Below, one piece after another: positions 12,201 to 25,900 of a DNA stretch of 64,000 nucleotides. Where the stretch lies: the NCBI GenBank assembly GCA_043228905.1, contig JBHGNT010000020.1:15810001-15874000 (forward strand), written 5' to 3'. How positions within the stretch are numbered: the stretch's first letter is position 1; every line of letters begins with the position of its first letter. The notes beneath the pieces were generated by a model, which worked only from the letters and a program-made list of their open reading frames with translations, was not told the DNA's origin and ran no database searches. Origin of the DNA: Azolla caroliniana (Eukaryota > Plantae > Polypodiophyta). Made by a program: the position numbers and the translations under genes.

Positions 12201-15200
12201 CCATTTTAATTTACTCACGGGCTCTTCTCAACTCCCTCCTCAAATTTGCTAATTCCTTCATGTCTCTCGACCTGAGTTGCAAAATCTTGATTTTTTAATT
12301 CCATGTCATAGCTAGGGTTGTGAGCTTCGATACGCATGTTTGAACACAAAAATCCGATATCACATGAGCCAGGTATGAGCATTTTAATTTACTCACGGGC
12401 ACTTGTCAACTCCCTCCTCAAATTTGCTAATTTCTTCATGTCTCTCGACCTGAGTTTCAAAATCTTGATTTTTTAATTCCATAAGATATCTAGCTTTGTT
12501 AGCTTCGATTCATATCTTTGAACACAAAAATCCGATATCACACGAGCCAGGTATGACCATTTTAATTTACTCACGGGCTCTTGTCAACTACCTCCTCAAA
12601 TTTGCTAATTTCTTCATGTCTCTCGACCTGAGTTTCAAAATCTTGATTTCTTAATTCCATAACATAGCTAGCATTGTTAGCTTCGATTTGCATCTTTAAA
12701 CACAAAAATCCGATATGACACGAGCCAAGTATGACCATTTTAATTTACTCACGGGCTCTTCTCAAGTCCCTCCTCAAATTTGCTAATTCCTTCATGTCTC
12801 TCCACCTGAGGTTCAAAATCTTGATTTTTTAATTCCATGTCATAGCTAGCGTTGTTATCTTCGATTCGCATGTTTGAACACAAAAATTTGATATCACACG
12901 AGCCAGGTATGACCATTTTAATTTACTCACGGGCTTTTCTCAACTCCCTCCTCAAATTTGCTAATTTCTTCATGTCTCTCGACCTGAGTTTCAAAATATT
13001 GATTTCTTAATTCCATAAGATAGCTAGCTTTGTTAGCTTCGATTTGCATCTTTGAACACAAAAATCCGATATCACACGAGCCAGGTATGACCATTTTAAT
13101 TTACTCACGGGCTCTTGTCAACTCCCTCCTCAAATTTGCTAATTTCTTCATGTCTCACGACCTGAGTTTCAAAATCTTGATTTCTTAATTCCATAAGATT
13201 GCAAGCGTTGTTAGCTTCGATTCGCATCTTTGAACACAAAAATCCGATATCACACGAGCCAGGTATGACCATTTTAATTTACTCACAGGCTCTTCTCAAG
13301 TCCCTCCTAAAATTTGCTAATTTCTTCATGTCTCTCGACCTGAGTTTCAAAATCTTGATTTCTTAATTCCATAACATAGCTAGCATTGTTAGCTTCGATT
13401 CGCATCTTTGAACACAAAAATCCGATATCACACGAGACAGGTATGACCATTTTAATTTACTCACGGGCTCTTGTCAACTCCCTCCTCAAATTTGCTAATT
13501 TCTTCATGTCTCTCGACCTGAGTTTCAAAATCTTGATTTCTTAATTCCATAACATAGCTAGCATTGTTAGCTTCGATTCGCATCTTTGAACACAAAAATC
13601 CGATATCACACGAGCCAGGTATGACCATTTTAATTTACTCACGGGCTCTTGTCAACTCCCTCCTCAAATTTGCTAATTTCTTCATGTCTCTCGACCTGAG
13701 TTTCAAAATCTTGAATTTTTAATTCCATAAGATAGCTAGCGTTGTTAGCTTCGATTTGCACCTTTGAACACAAAAATCCGATATCACACGAGCCAGGTAT
13801 GACCCGTTTAATTTACTCACGGGCTCTTCTCAACTACCTCCTCAAATTTGCTAATTTCTTCATGTCTCTCGACCTGAGTTTCAAAATCTTGATTTTTTAA
13901 TTCCATAAGATAGCTAGCGTTGTTAGCTTCGATTCGCATCTTTGAACACAAAAATCCGATATCACACGAGCCGGGTATGACCATTTTAATTTACTCACGG
14001 GCTCTTCTCAACTCCCTCCTCAAATTTGCTAATTCCTTCATGTCTCTCGACCTGAGTTGCAAAATCTTGATTTTCTAATTCCATATCATAGCTAGCATTG
14101 TTATCTTCGATAGGCATCTTTGAACACAAAAATCCGATATCACACGAGCCAGGTATGACCATTTTAATTTACTCACGGGCACTTGTCAACTCCCTCCTCA
14201 AATTTGCTAATTTCTTCATGTCTCTCGACCTGAGTTTCAAAATCTTGATTTTTTAATTCCATAAGATATCTAGCTTTGTTAGCTTCGATTCATATCTTTG
14301 AACACAAAAATCCGATATCACACGAGCCAGGTATGACCGTTTTAATTTACTCACGGGCTCTTCTCAACTACCTCCTCAAATTTGCTAATTTCTTCATGTC
14401 TCTCGACCTGAGTTACAAAATCTTGATTTTTTAATTCCATAAGATAGCTAGCGTTGTTAGCTTCGATTCGCATCTTTGAACACAAAAATCCGATATCACA
14501 CGAGCCGGGTATGACCATTTTAATTTACTCACGGGCTCTTCTCAAGTCCCTCCTCAAATTTGCTAATTCCTTCATGTCTCTCGACCTGAGTTGCAAAATC
14601 TTGATTTTTTAATTCCTTCATGTCTCTCGACCTGGGTTGTGAGCTTCGATACGCATGTTTGAACACAAAAATCCGATATCATATGAGCCAGGTATGAGCA
14701 TTTTAATTTACTCACGGGCACTTGTCAACTCCCTCCTCAAATTTGCTAATTTCTTCATGTCTCTCGACCTGAGTTTCAAAATCTTGATTTTTTAATTCCA
14801 TAAGATACCTAGCGTTGTTAGCTTCGATTCACATCTTTGAACACAAAAATCCGATATCACACGAGCCAGGTATGACCATTTTAATTTACTCACGGGCTCT
14901 TCTCAACTCCCTCCTCAAATTTGCTAATTTCTTCATGTCTCTCGACCTGAGTTTCAAAATATTGATTTTTTAATTCCATAAGATAGCTAGCATTGTTAGC
15001 TTCGATTCGCATCTTTGAACACAAAAATCCGATATCACACGAGCCAGGTATGACCATTTTTATTTACTCACGGGCTCTTGTCAACTCCCTCCTCAAATTT
15101 TCTAATTTCTTCATGTCTCTCGACCTGAGTTTCAAAATCTTGAATTTTTAATTCCATAAGATAGCTAGCGTTGTTAGCTTCGATTCGCATCTTTGAACAC

Positions 15201-16949
15201 AAAAATCCGATATCACACGAGCCAGGTATGACCATTTTAATTTACTCACGGGCTCTTCTCAAGGCCCTCCTCAAATTTGCTAATTCCTTCATGTCTCTCG
15301 ACCTGAGGTTTAAAATCTTGATTTTTTAATTCCATGTCATAGCTAGCGTTGTTATCTTCGATTCGCATCTTTGAACACAAAAATTTGATATCACACGAGC
15401 CAGGTATGCCATTTTAATTTACTCACGGGCTCTTCTCAACTACCTCCTCAAATTTGCTAATTTCTTCATGTCTCTCGACCTGAGTTTCAAAATATTGATT
15501 TTTTAATTCCATAAGATAGCTAGCATTGTTAGCTTCGATTCGCATCTTTGAACACAAAAATCCGATATCACACGAGCCAGGTATGACCATTTTTATTTAC
15601 TCACGGGCTCTTGTCAACTCCCTCCTCAAATTTTCTAATTTCTTCATGTCTCTCGACCTGAGTTTCAAAATCTTGAATTTTTAATTCCATAAGATAGCTA
15701 GCGTTGTTAGCTTCGATTCGCATCTTTGAACACAAAAATCCGATATCACACGAGCCAGGTATGACCATTTTAATTTACTCACGGGCTCTTCTCAAGGCCC
15801 TCCTCAAATTTGCTAATTCCTTCATGTCTCTCGACCTGAGGTTTAAAATCTTGATTTTTTAATTCCATGTCATAGCTAGCGTTGTTATCTTCGATTCGCA
15901 TCTTTGAACACAAAAATTTGATATCACACGAGCCAGGTATGCCATTTTAATTTACTCACGGGCTCTTCTCAACTACCTCCTCAAATTTGCTAATTTCTTC
16001 ATGTCTCTCGACCTGAGTTTCAAAATATTGATTTTTTAATTCCATAAGATAGCTAGCTTTGTTAGCTTCGATTTGCATGTTTGAACACAAAAATCCGATA
16101 TCACACGAGCCAGGTATGACCATTTTAATTTACTCACGGGCTCTTCTCAAGTCCCTCCTCAAATTTGCTAATTCCTTCATGTCTCTCAACCTGAGGTTCA
16201 AAATCTTGATTTTTTAATTCAATGTCATAGCTAGCGTTGTTATCTTCGATTCGCATGTTTGAACACAAAAATTTGATATCACACGAGCCAGGTATGACCA
16301 TTTTAATTTACTCACGGGCTCTTCTCAACTCCCTCCTCAAATTTGCTAATTTCTTCATGTCTCTCGACCTGAGTTTCAAAATATTAATTTTTTAATTCCA
16401 TAAGATAGCTAGCTTTGTTAGCTTCGATTTGCATCTTTGAACACAAATATCCGATATCACACGAGCCAGGTATGACCATTTTAATTTACTCACGGGCTCT
16501 TGTTAAGTCCCTCCTCAAATTTGCTAATTTCTTCATGTCTCACGACCTGAGTTTCAAAATCTTGATTTCTTAATTCCATAAGATTGCAAGCGTTGTTAGC
16601 TTCGATTCGCATCTTTGAACACAAAAATCCGATATCACACGAGCCAGGTATGACCATTTTAATTTACTCACAGGCTCTTCTCAACTCCCTCCTAAAATTT
16701 GCTAATTTCTTCATGTCTCTCGACCTGAGTTTCCAAATCTTGATTTTTAAATTCAATAAGATAGCTAGCTTTGTTAGCTTCGATTTGCATGTTTGATCAC
16801 AAAAATCCATTATCACACGAGCCAGGTATGAACATTTTAATTTCGTCACGGGCTCTTCTCAAGTCCCTCCTAAAATTTGCTAATTTCTTCATGTCTCTCG
16901 ACCTGAGTTTCAAAATCTTGATTTTTTAATTCCATACGATAGCTAGCGT

Positions 16950-19900
16950 TGTTAGCTTCGATTCGCATCTTTGAACACAAAAATCCGATATCACACGAGC
17001 CAGGTATGACCCGTTTAATTTACTCACGGGCTCTTTTCAACTACCTCCTCAAATTTGCTAATTTCTTCATGTCTCTCGACCTGAGTTTCAAAATCTTGAT
17101 TTTTTAATTCCATAAGATAGCTAGCGTTGTTAGCTTCGATTCGCATCTTTGAACACAAAAATCCGATATCACACGAGCCGGGTATGACCATTTTAATTTA
17201 CTCACGGGCTCTTCTCAAGTCCCTCCTCAAATTTGCTAATTCCTTCATGTCTCTCGACCTGAGTTGCAAAATCTTGATTTTTTAATTCCATGTCATAGCT
17301 AGGGTTGTGAGCTTCGATACGCATGTTTGAACACAAAAATCCGATATCACATGAGCCAGGTATGAGCATTTTAATTTACTCACGGGCACTTGTCAACTCC
17401 CTCCTCAAATTTGCTAATTTCTTCATGTCTCTCGACCTGAGTTTCAAAATCTTGATTTTTTAATTCCATAAGATACCTAGCTTTGTTAGCTTCGATTCAC
17501 ATCTTTGAACACAAAAATCCGATATCACACGAGCCAGGTATGACCATTTTAATTTACTCACGGGCTCTTGTCAACTACCTCCTCAAATTTGCTAATTTCT
17601 TCATGTCTCTCGACCTGAGTTTCAAAATCTTGATTTCTTAATTCCATAACATAGCTAGCATTGTTAGCTTCGATTTGCATCTTTGAACACAAAAATCCGA
17701 TATGACACGAGCCAAGTATGACCATTTTAATTTACTCACGGGCTCTTCTCAAGTCCCTCCTCAAATTTGCTAATTCCTTCATGTCTCTCGACCTGAGTTT
17801 CAAAATATTGATTTTTTAATTCCATAAGATAGCTAGCTTTGTTAGCTTCGATTTGCATCTTTGAACACAAAAATCCGATATCACACGAGCCAGGTATGAC
17901 CATTTTAATTTACTCACGGGCTCTTGTCAAGTCCCTCCTCAAATTTGCTAATTTCTTCATGTCTCACGACCTGAGTTTCAAAATCTTGATTTCTTAATTC
18001 CATAAGATTGCAAGCGTTGTTAGCTTCGATTCGCATCTTTGAACACAAAAATCCGATATCACACGAGCCAGGTATGACCATTTTAATTTACTCACAGGCT
18101 CTTCTCAACTCCCTCCTAAAATTTGCTAATTTCTTCATGTCTGTCGACCTGAGTTTCAAAATCTTGATTTCTTAATTCCATAACATAGCTAGCATCGTTA
18201 GCTTCGATTCGCATCTTTGAACACAAAAATCCGATATCACACGAGCCAGGTATGACCCGTTTAATTTACTCACGGGCTCTTTTCAACTACCTCCTCAAAT
18301 TTGCTAATTTCTTCATGTCTCTCGACCTGAGTTTCAAAATCTTGATTTTTTAATTCCATAAGATAGCTAGCGTTGTTAGCTTCGATTCGCATCTTTGAAC
18401 ACAAAAATCCGATATCACACGAGCCGGGTATGACCATTTTAATTTACTCACGGGCTCTTCTCAAGTCCCTCCTCAAATTTGCTAATTCCTTCATGTCTCT
18501 CGACCTGAGTTGCAAAATCTTGATTTTTTAATTCCATGTCATAGCTAGGGTTGTGAGCTTCGATACGCATGTTTGAACACAAAAATCCGATATCACATGA
18601 GCCAGGTATGAGCATTTTAATTTACTCACGGGCACTTGTCAACTCCCTCCTCAAATTTGCTAATTTCTTCATGTCTCTCGACCTGAGTTTCAAAATCTTG
18701 ATTTTTTAATTCCATAAGATACCTAGCTTTGTTAGCTTCGATTCACATCTTTGAACACAAAAATCCGATATCACACGAGCCAGGTATGACCATTTTAATT
18801 TACTCACGGGCTCTTGTCAACTACCTCCTCAAATTTGCTAATTTCTTCATGTCTCTCGACCTGAGTTTCAAAATCTTGATTTCTTAATTCCATAACATAG
18901 CTAGCATTGTTAGCTTCGATTTGCATCTTTGAACACAAAAATCCGATATGACACGAGCCAAGTATGACCATTTTAATTTACTCACGGGCTCTTCTCAAGT
19001 CCCTCCTCAAATTTGCTAATTCCTTCATGTCTCTCGACCTGAGTTTCAAAATATTGATTTTTTAATTCCATAAGATAGCTAGCTTTGTTAGCTTCGATTT
19101 GCATCTTTGAACACAAAAATCCGATATCACACGAGCCAGGTATGACCATTTTAATTTACTCACGGGCTCTTGTCAAGTCCCTCCTCAAATTTGCTAATTT
19201 CTTAATGTCTCACGACCTGAGTTTCAAAATCTTGATTTCTTAATTCCATAAGATTGCAAGCGTTGTTAGCTTCGATTCGCATCTTTGAACACAAAAATCC
19301 GATATCACACGAGCCAGGTATGACCATTTTAATTTACTCACAGGCTCTTCTCAACTCCCTCCTAAAATTTGCTAATTTCTTCATGTCTGTCGACCTGAGT
19401 TTCAAAATCTTGATTTCTTAATTCCATAACATAGCTAGCATCGTTAGCTTCGATTCGCATCTTTGAACACAAAAATCCGATATCACACGAGCCAGGTATG
19501 ACCATTTTAATTTACTCACGGGCTCTTGTCAACTCCCTCCTCAAATTTGCTAATTTCTTCATGTCTGTCGACCTGAGTTTCAAAATCTTGATTTCTTAAT
19601 TCCATAACATAGCTAGCATCGTTAGCTTCGATTTGCATCTTTGAACACAAAAATCCGATATCACACGAGCCAGGTATGACCCGTTTAATTTACTCACGGG
19701 CTCTTTTCAACTACCTCCTCAAATTTGCTAATTTCTTCATGTCTCTCGACCTGAGTTTCAAAATCTTGATTTTTTAATTCCATAAGATAGCTAGCGTTGT
19801 TAGCTTCGATTCGCATCTTTGAACACAAAAATCCGATATCACACGAGCCGGGTATGACCATTTTAATTTACTCACGGGCTCTTCTCAAGTCCCTCCTCAA

Positions 19901-22900
19901 ATTTGCTAATTCCTTCATGTCTCTCGACCTGAGTTGCAAAATCTTGATTTTTTAATTCCATGTCATAGCTAGGGTTGTGAGCTTCGATACGCATGTTTGA
20001 ACACAAAAATCCGATATCACATGAGCCAGGTATGACCATTTTAATTTACTCACGGGCTCTTGTCAACTACCTCCTCAAATTTGCTAATTTCTTCATGTCT
20101 CTCGACCTGAGTTTCAAAATCTTGATTTCTTAATTCCATAACATAGCTAGCATTGTTAGCTTCGATTTGCATCTTTGAACACAAAAATCCGATATGACAC
20201 GAGCCAAGTATGACCATTTTAATTTACTCACGGGCTCTTCTCAAGTCCCTCCTCAAATTTGCTAATTCCTTCATGTCTCTCGACCTGAGTTTCAAAATAT
20301 TGATTTTTTAATTCCATAAGATAGCTAGCTTTGTTAGCTTCGATTTGCATCTTTGAACACAAAAATCCGATATCACACGAGCCAGGTATGACCATTTTAA
20401 TTTACTCACGGGCTCTTGTCAAGTCCCTCCTCAAATTTGCTAATTTCTTCATGTCTCACGACCTGAGTTTCAAAATCTTGATTTCTTAATTCCATAAGAT
20501 TGCAAGCGTTGTTAGCTTCGATTCGCATCTTTGAACACAAAAATCCGATATCACACGAGCCAGGTATGACCATTTTAATTTACTCACAGGCTCTTCTCAA
20601 CTCCCTCCTAAAATTTGCTAATTTCTTCATGTCTGTCGACCTGAGTTTCAAAATCTTGATTTCTTAATTCCATAACATAGCTAGCATCGTTAGCTTCGAT
20701 TCGCATCTTTGAACACAAAAATCCGATATCACACGAGCCAGGTATGACCCGTTTAATTTACTCACGGGCTCTTTTCAACTACCTCCTCAAATTTGCTAAT
20801 TTCTTCATGTCTCTCGACCTGAGTTTCAAAATCTTGATTTTTTAATTCCATAAGATAGCTAGCGTTGTTAGCTTCGATTCGCATCTTTGAACACAAAAAT
20901 CCGATATCACACGAGCCGGGTATGACCATTTTAATTTACTCACGGGCTCTTCTCAAGTCCCTCCTCAAATTTGCTAATTCCTTCATGTCTCTCGACCTGA
21001 GTTGCAAAATCTTGATTTTTTAATTCCATGTCATAGCTAGGGTTGTGAGCTTCGATACGCATGTTTGAACACAAAAATCCGATATCACATGAGCCAGGTA
21101 TGAGCATTTTAATTTACTCACGGGCACTTGTCAACTCCCTCCTCAAATTTGCTAATTTCTTCATGTCTCTCGACCTGAGTTTCAAAATCTTGATTTTTTA
21201 ATTCCATAAGATACCTAGCTTTGTTAGCTTCGATTCACATCTTTGAACACAAAAATCCGATATCACACGAGCCAGGTATGACCATTTTAATTTACTCACG
21301 GGCTCTTGTCAACTACCTCCTCAAATTTGCTAATTTCTTCATGTCTCTCGACCTGAGTTTCAAAATCTTGATTTCTTAATTCCATAACATAGCTAGCATT
21401 GTTAGCTTCGATTTGCATCTTTGAACACAAAAATCCGATATGACACGAGCCAAGTATGACCATTTTAATTTACTCACGGGCTCTTCTCAAGTCCCTCCTC
21501 AAATTTGCTAATTCCTTCATGTCTCTCGACCTGAGTTTCAAAATATTGATTTCTTAATTCCATAACATAGCTAGCATTGTTAGCTTCGATTTGCATCTTT
21601 GAACACAAAAATCCGATATGACACGAGCCAAGTATGACCATTTTAATTTACTCACGGGCTCTTCTCAAGTCCCTCCTCAAATTTGCTAATTCCTTCATGT
21701 CTCTCGACCTGAGTTTCAAAATATTGATTTTTTAATTCCATAAGATAGCTAGCTTTGTTAGCTTCGATTTGCATCTTTGAACACAAAAATCCGATATCAC
21801 ACGAGCCAGGTATGACCATTTTAATTTACTCACGGGCTCTTGTCAACTCCCTCCTCAAATTTGCTAATTTCTTCATGTCTCTCGACCTGAGTTTCAAAAT
21901 CTTGATTTTTTAATTCCATAAGATACCTAGCTTTGTTAGCTTCGATTCACATCTTTGAACACAAAAATCCGATATCACACGAGCCAGGTATGACCATTTT
22001 AATTTACTCACGGGCTCTTGTCAACTACCTCCTCAAATTTGCTAATTTCTTCATGTCTCTCGACCTGAGTTTCAAAATCTTGATTTCTTAATTCCATAAC
22101 ATAGCTAGCATTGTTAGCTTCGATTTGCATCTTTGAACACAAAAATCCGATATGACACGAGCCAAGTATGACCATTTTAATTTACTCACGGGCTCTTCTC
22201 AAGTCCCTCCTCAAATTTGCTAATTCCTTCATGTCTCTCGACCTGAGTTTCAAAATATTGATTTTTTAATTCCATAAGATAGCTAGCTTTGTTAGCTTCG
22301 ATTTGCATCTTTGAACACAAAAATCCGATATCACACGAGCCAGGTATGACCATTTTAATTTACTCACGGGCTCTTGTCAAGTCCCTCCTCAAATTTGCTA
22401 ATTTCTTCATGTCTCACGACCTGAGTTTCAAAATCTTGATTTCTTAATTCCATAAGATTGCAAGCGTTGTTAGCTTCGATTCGCATCTTTGAACACAAAA
22501 ATCCGATATCACACGAGCCAGGTATGACCATTTTAATTTACTCACAGGCTCTTCTCAACTCCCTCCTAAAATTTGCTAATTTCTTCATGTCTGTCGACCT
22601 GAGTTTCAAAATCTTGATTTCTTAATTCCATAACATAGCTAGCATCGTTAGCTTCGATTCGCATCTTTGAACACAAAAATCCGATATCACACGAGCCAGG
22701 TATGACCATTTTAATTTACTCACGGGCTCTTGTCAACTCCCTCCTCAAATTTGCTAATTTCTTCATGTCTCTCGACCTGAGTTTCAAAATCTTGAATTTT
22801 TAATTCCATAAGATAGCTAGCGTTGTTAGCTTCGATTTGCATCTTTGAACACAAAAATCCGATATCACACGAGCCAGGTATGACCCGTTTAATTTACTCA

Positions 22901-25900
22901 CGGGCTCTTCTCAAGTCCCTCCTCAAATTGGCTAATTCCTTCATGTCTCTCGACCTGAGTTTCAAAATCTTGATTTTTTAATTCCGTAAGATACCTAGCT
23001 TTGTTAGCTTCGATTCACATCTTTGAACACAAAAATCCGATATCACACGAGCCAGGTATGACCATTTTAATTTACTCACGGGCTCTTGTCAACTACCTCC
23101 TCAAATTTGCTAATTTCTTCATGTCTCTCGACCTGAGTTTCAAAATCTTGATTTCTTAATTCCATAACATAGCTAGCATTGTTAGCTTCGATTTGCATCT
23201 TTGAACACAAAAATCCGATATGACACGAGCCAAGTATGACCATTTTAATTTACTCACGGGCTCTTCTCAAGTCCCTCCTCAAATTTGCTAATTCCTTCAT
23301 GTCTCTCGACCTGAGTTTCAAAATATTGATTTTTTAATTCCATAAGATAGCTAGCTTTGTTAGCTTCGATTTGCATCTTTGAACACAAAAATCCGATATC
23401 ACACGAGCCAGGTATGACCATTTTAATTTACTCACGGGCTCTTGTCAAGTCCCTCCTCAAATTTGCTAATTTCTTCATGTCTCACGACCTGAGTTTCAAA
23501 ATCTTGATTTCTTAATTCCATAAGATTGCAAGCGTTGTTAGCTTCGATTCGCATCTTTGAACACAAAAATCCGATATCACACGAGCCAGGTATGACCATT
23601 TTAATTTACTCACAGGCTCTTCTCAACTCCCTCCTAAAATTTGCTAATTTCTTCATGTCTGTCGACCTGAGTTTCAAAATCTTGATTTCTTAATTCCATA
23701 ACATAGCTAGCATCGTTAGCTTCGATTCGCATCTTTGAACACAAAAATCCGATATCACACGAGCCAGGTATGACCCGTTTAATTTACTCACGGGCTCTTT
23801 TCAACTACCTCCTCAAATTTGCTAATTTCTTCATGTCTCTCGACCTGAGTTTCAAAATCTTGATTTTTTAATTCCATAAGATAGCTAGCGTTGTTAGCTT
23901 CGATTCGCATCTTTGAACACAAAAATCCGATATCACACGAGCCGGGTATGACCATTTTAATTTACTCACGGGCTCTTCTCAAGTCCCTCCTCAAATTTGC
24001 TAATTCCTTCATGTCTCTCGACCTGAGTTGCAAAATCTTGATTTTTTAATTCCATGTCATAGCTAGGGTTGTGAGCTTCGATACGCATGTTTGAACACAA
24101 AAATCCGATATCACATGAGCCAGGTATGAGCATTTTAATTTACTCACGGGCACTTGTCAACTCCCTCCTCAAATTTGCTAATTTCTTCATGTCTCTCGAC
24201 CTGAGTTTCAAAATCTTGATTTTTTAATTCCATAAGATACCTAGCTTTGTTAGCTTCGATTCACATCTTTGAACACAAAAATCCGATATCACACGAGCCA
24301 GGTATGACCATTTTAATTTACTCACGGGCTCTTGTCAACTACCTCCTCAAATTTGCTAATTTCTTCATGTCTCTCGACCTGAGTTTCAAAATCTTGATTT
24401 CTTAATTCCATAACAGAGCTAGCATTGTTAGCTTCGATTTGCATCTTTGAACACAAAAATCCGATATGACACGAGCCAAGTATGACCATTTTAATTTACT
24501 CACGGGCTCTTCTCAAGTCCCTCCTCAAATTTGCTAATTCCTTCATGTCTCTCGACCTGAGTTTCAAAATATTGATTTCTTAATTCCATAACATAGCTAG
24601 CATTGTTAGCTTCGATTTGCATCTTTGAACACAAAAATCCGATATGACACGAGCCAAGTATGACCATTTTAATTTACTCACGGGCTCTTCTCAAGTCCCT
24701 CCTCAAATTTGCTAATTCCTTCATGTCTCTCGACCTGAGTTTCAAAATATTGATTTTTTAATTCCATAAGATAGCTAGCTTTGTTAGCTTCGATTTGCAT
24801 CTTTGAACACAAAAATCCGATATCACACGAGCCAGGTATGACCATTTTAATTTACTCACGGGCTCTTGTCAACTCCCTCCTCAAATTTGCTAATTTCTTC
24901 ATGTCTCTCGACCTGAGTTTCAAAATCTTGATTTTTTAATTCCATAAGATACCTAGCTTTGTTAGCTTCGATTCACATCTTTGAACACAAAAATCCGATA
25001 TCACACGAGCCAGGTATGACCATTTTAATTTACTCACGGGCTCTTGTCAACTACCTCCTCAAATTTGCTAATTTCTTCATGTCTCTCGACCTGAGTTTCA
25101 AAATCTTGATTTCTTAATTCCATAACATAGCTAGCATTGTTAGCTTCGATTTGCATCTTTGAACACAAAAATCCGATATGACACGAGCCAAGTATGACCA
25201 TTTTAATTTACTCACGGGCTCTTCTCAAGTCCCTCCTCAAATTTGCTAATTCCTTCATGTCTCTCGACCTGAGTTTCAAAATATTGATTTTTTAATTCCA
25301 TAAGATAGCTAGCTTTGTTAGCTTCGATTTGCATCTTTGAACACAAAAATCCGATATCACACGAGCCAGGTATGACCATTTTAATTTACTCACGGGCTCT
25401 TGTCAAGTCCCTCCTCAAATTTGCTAATTTCTTCATGTCTCACGACCTGAGTTTCAAAATCTTGATTTCTTAATTCCATAACATAGCTAGCATCGTTAGC
25501 TTCGATTCGCATCTTTGAACACAAAAATCCGATATCACACGAGCCAGGTATGACCCGTTTAATTTACTCACGGGCTCTTTTCAACTACCTCCTCAAATTT
25601 GCTAATTTCTTCATGTCTCTCGACCTGAGTTTCAAAATCTTGATTTTTTAATTCCATAAGATAGCTAGCGTTGTTAGCTTCGATTCGCATCTTTGAACAC
25701 AAAAATCCGATATCACACGAGCCGGGTATGACCATTTTAATTTACTCACGGGCTCTTCTCAAGTCCCTCCTCAAATTTGCTAATTCCTTCATGTCTCTCG
25801 ACCTGAGTTGCAAAATCTTGATTTTTTAATTCCATGTCATAGCTAGGGTTGTGAGCTTCGATACGCATGTTTGAACACAAAAATCCGATATCACATGAGC

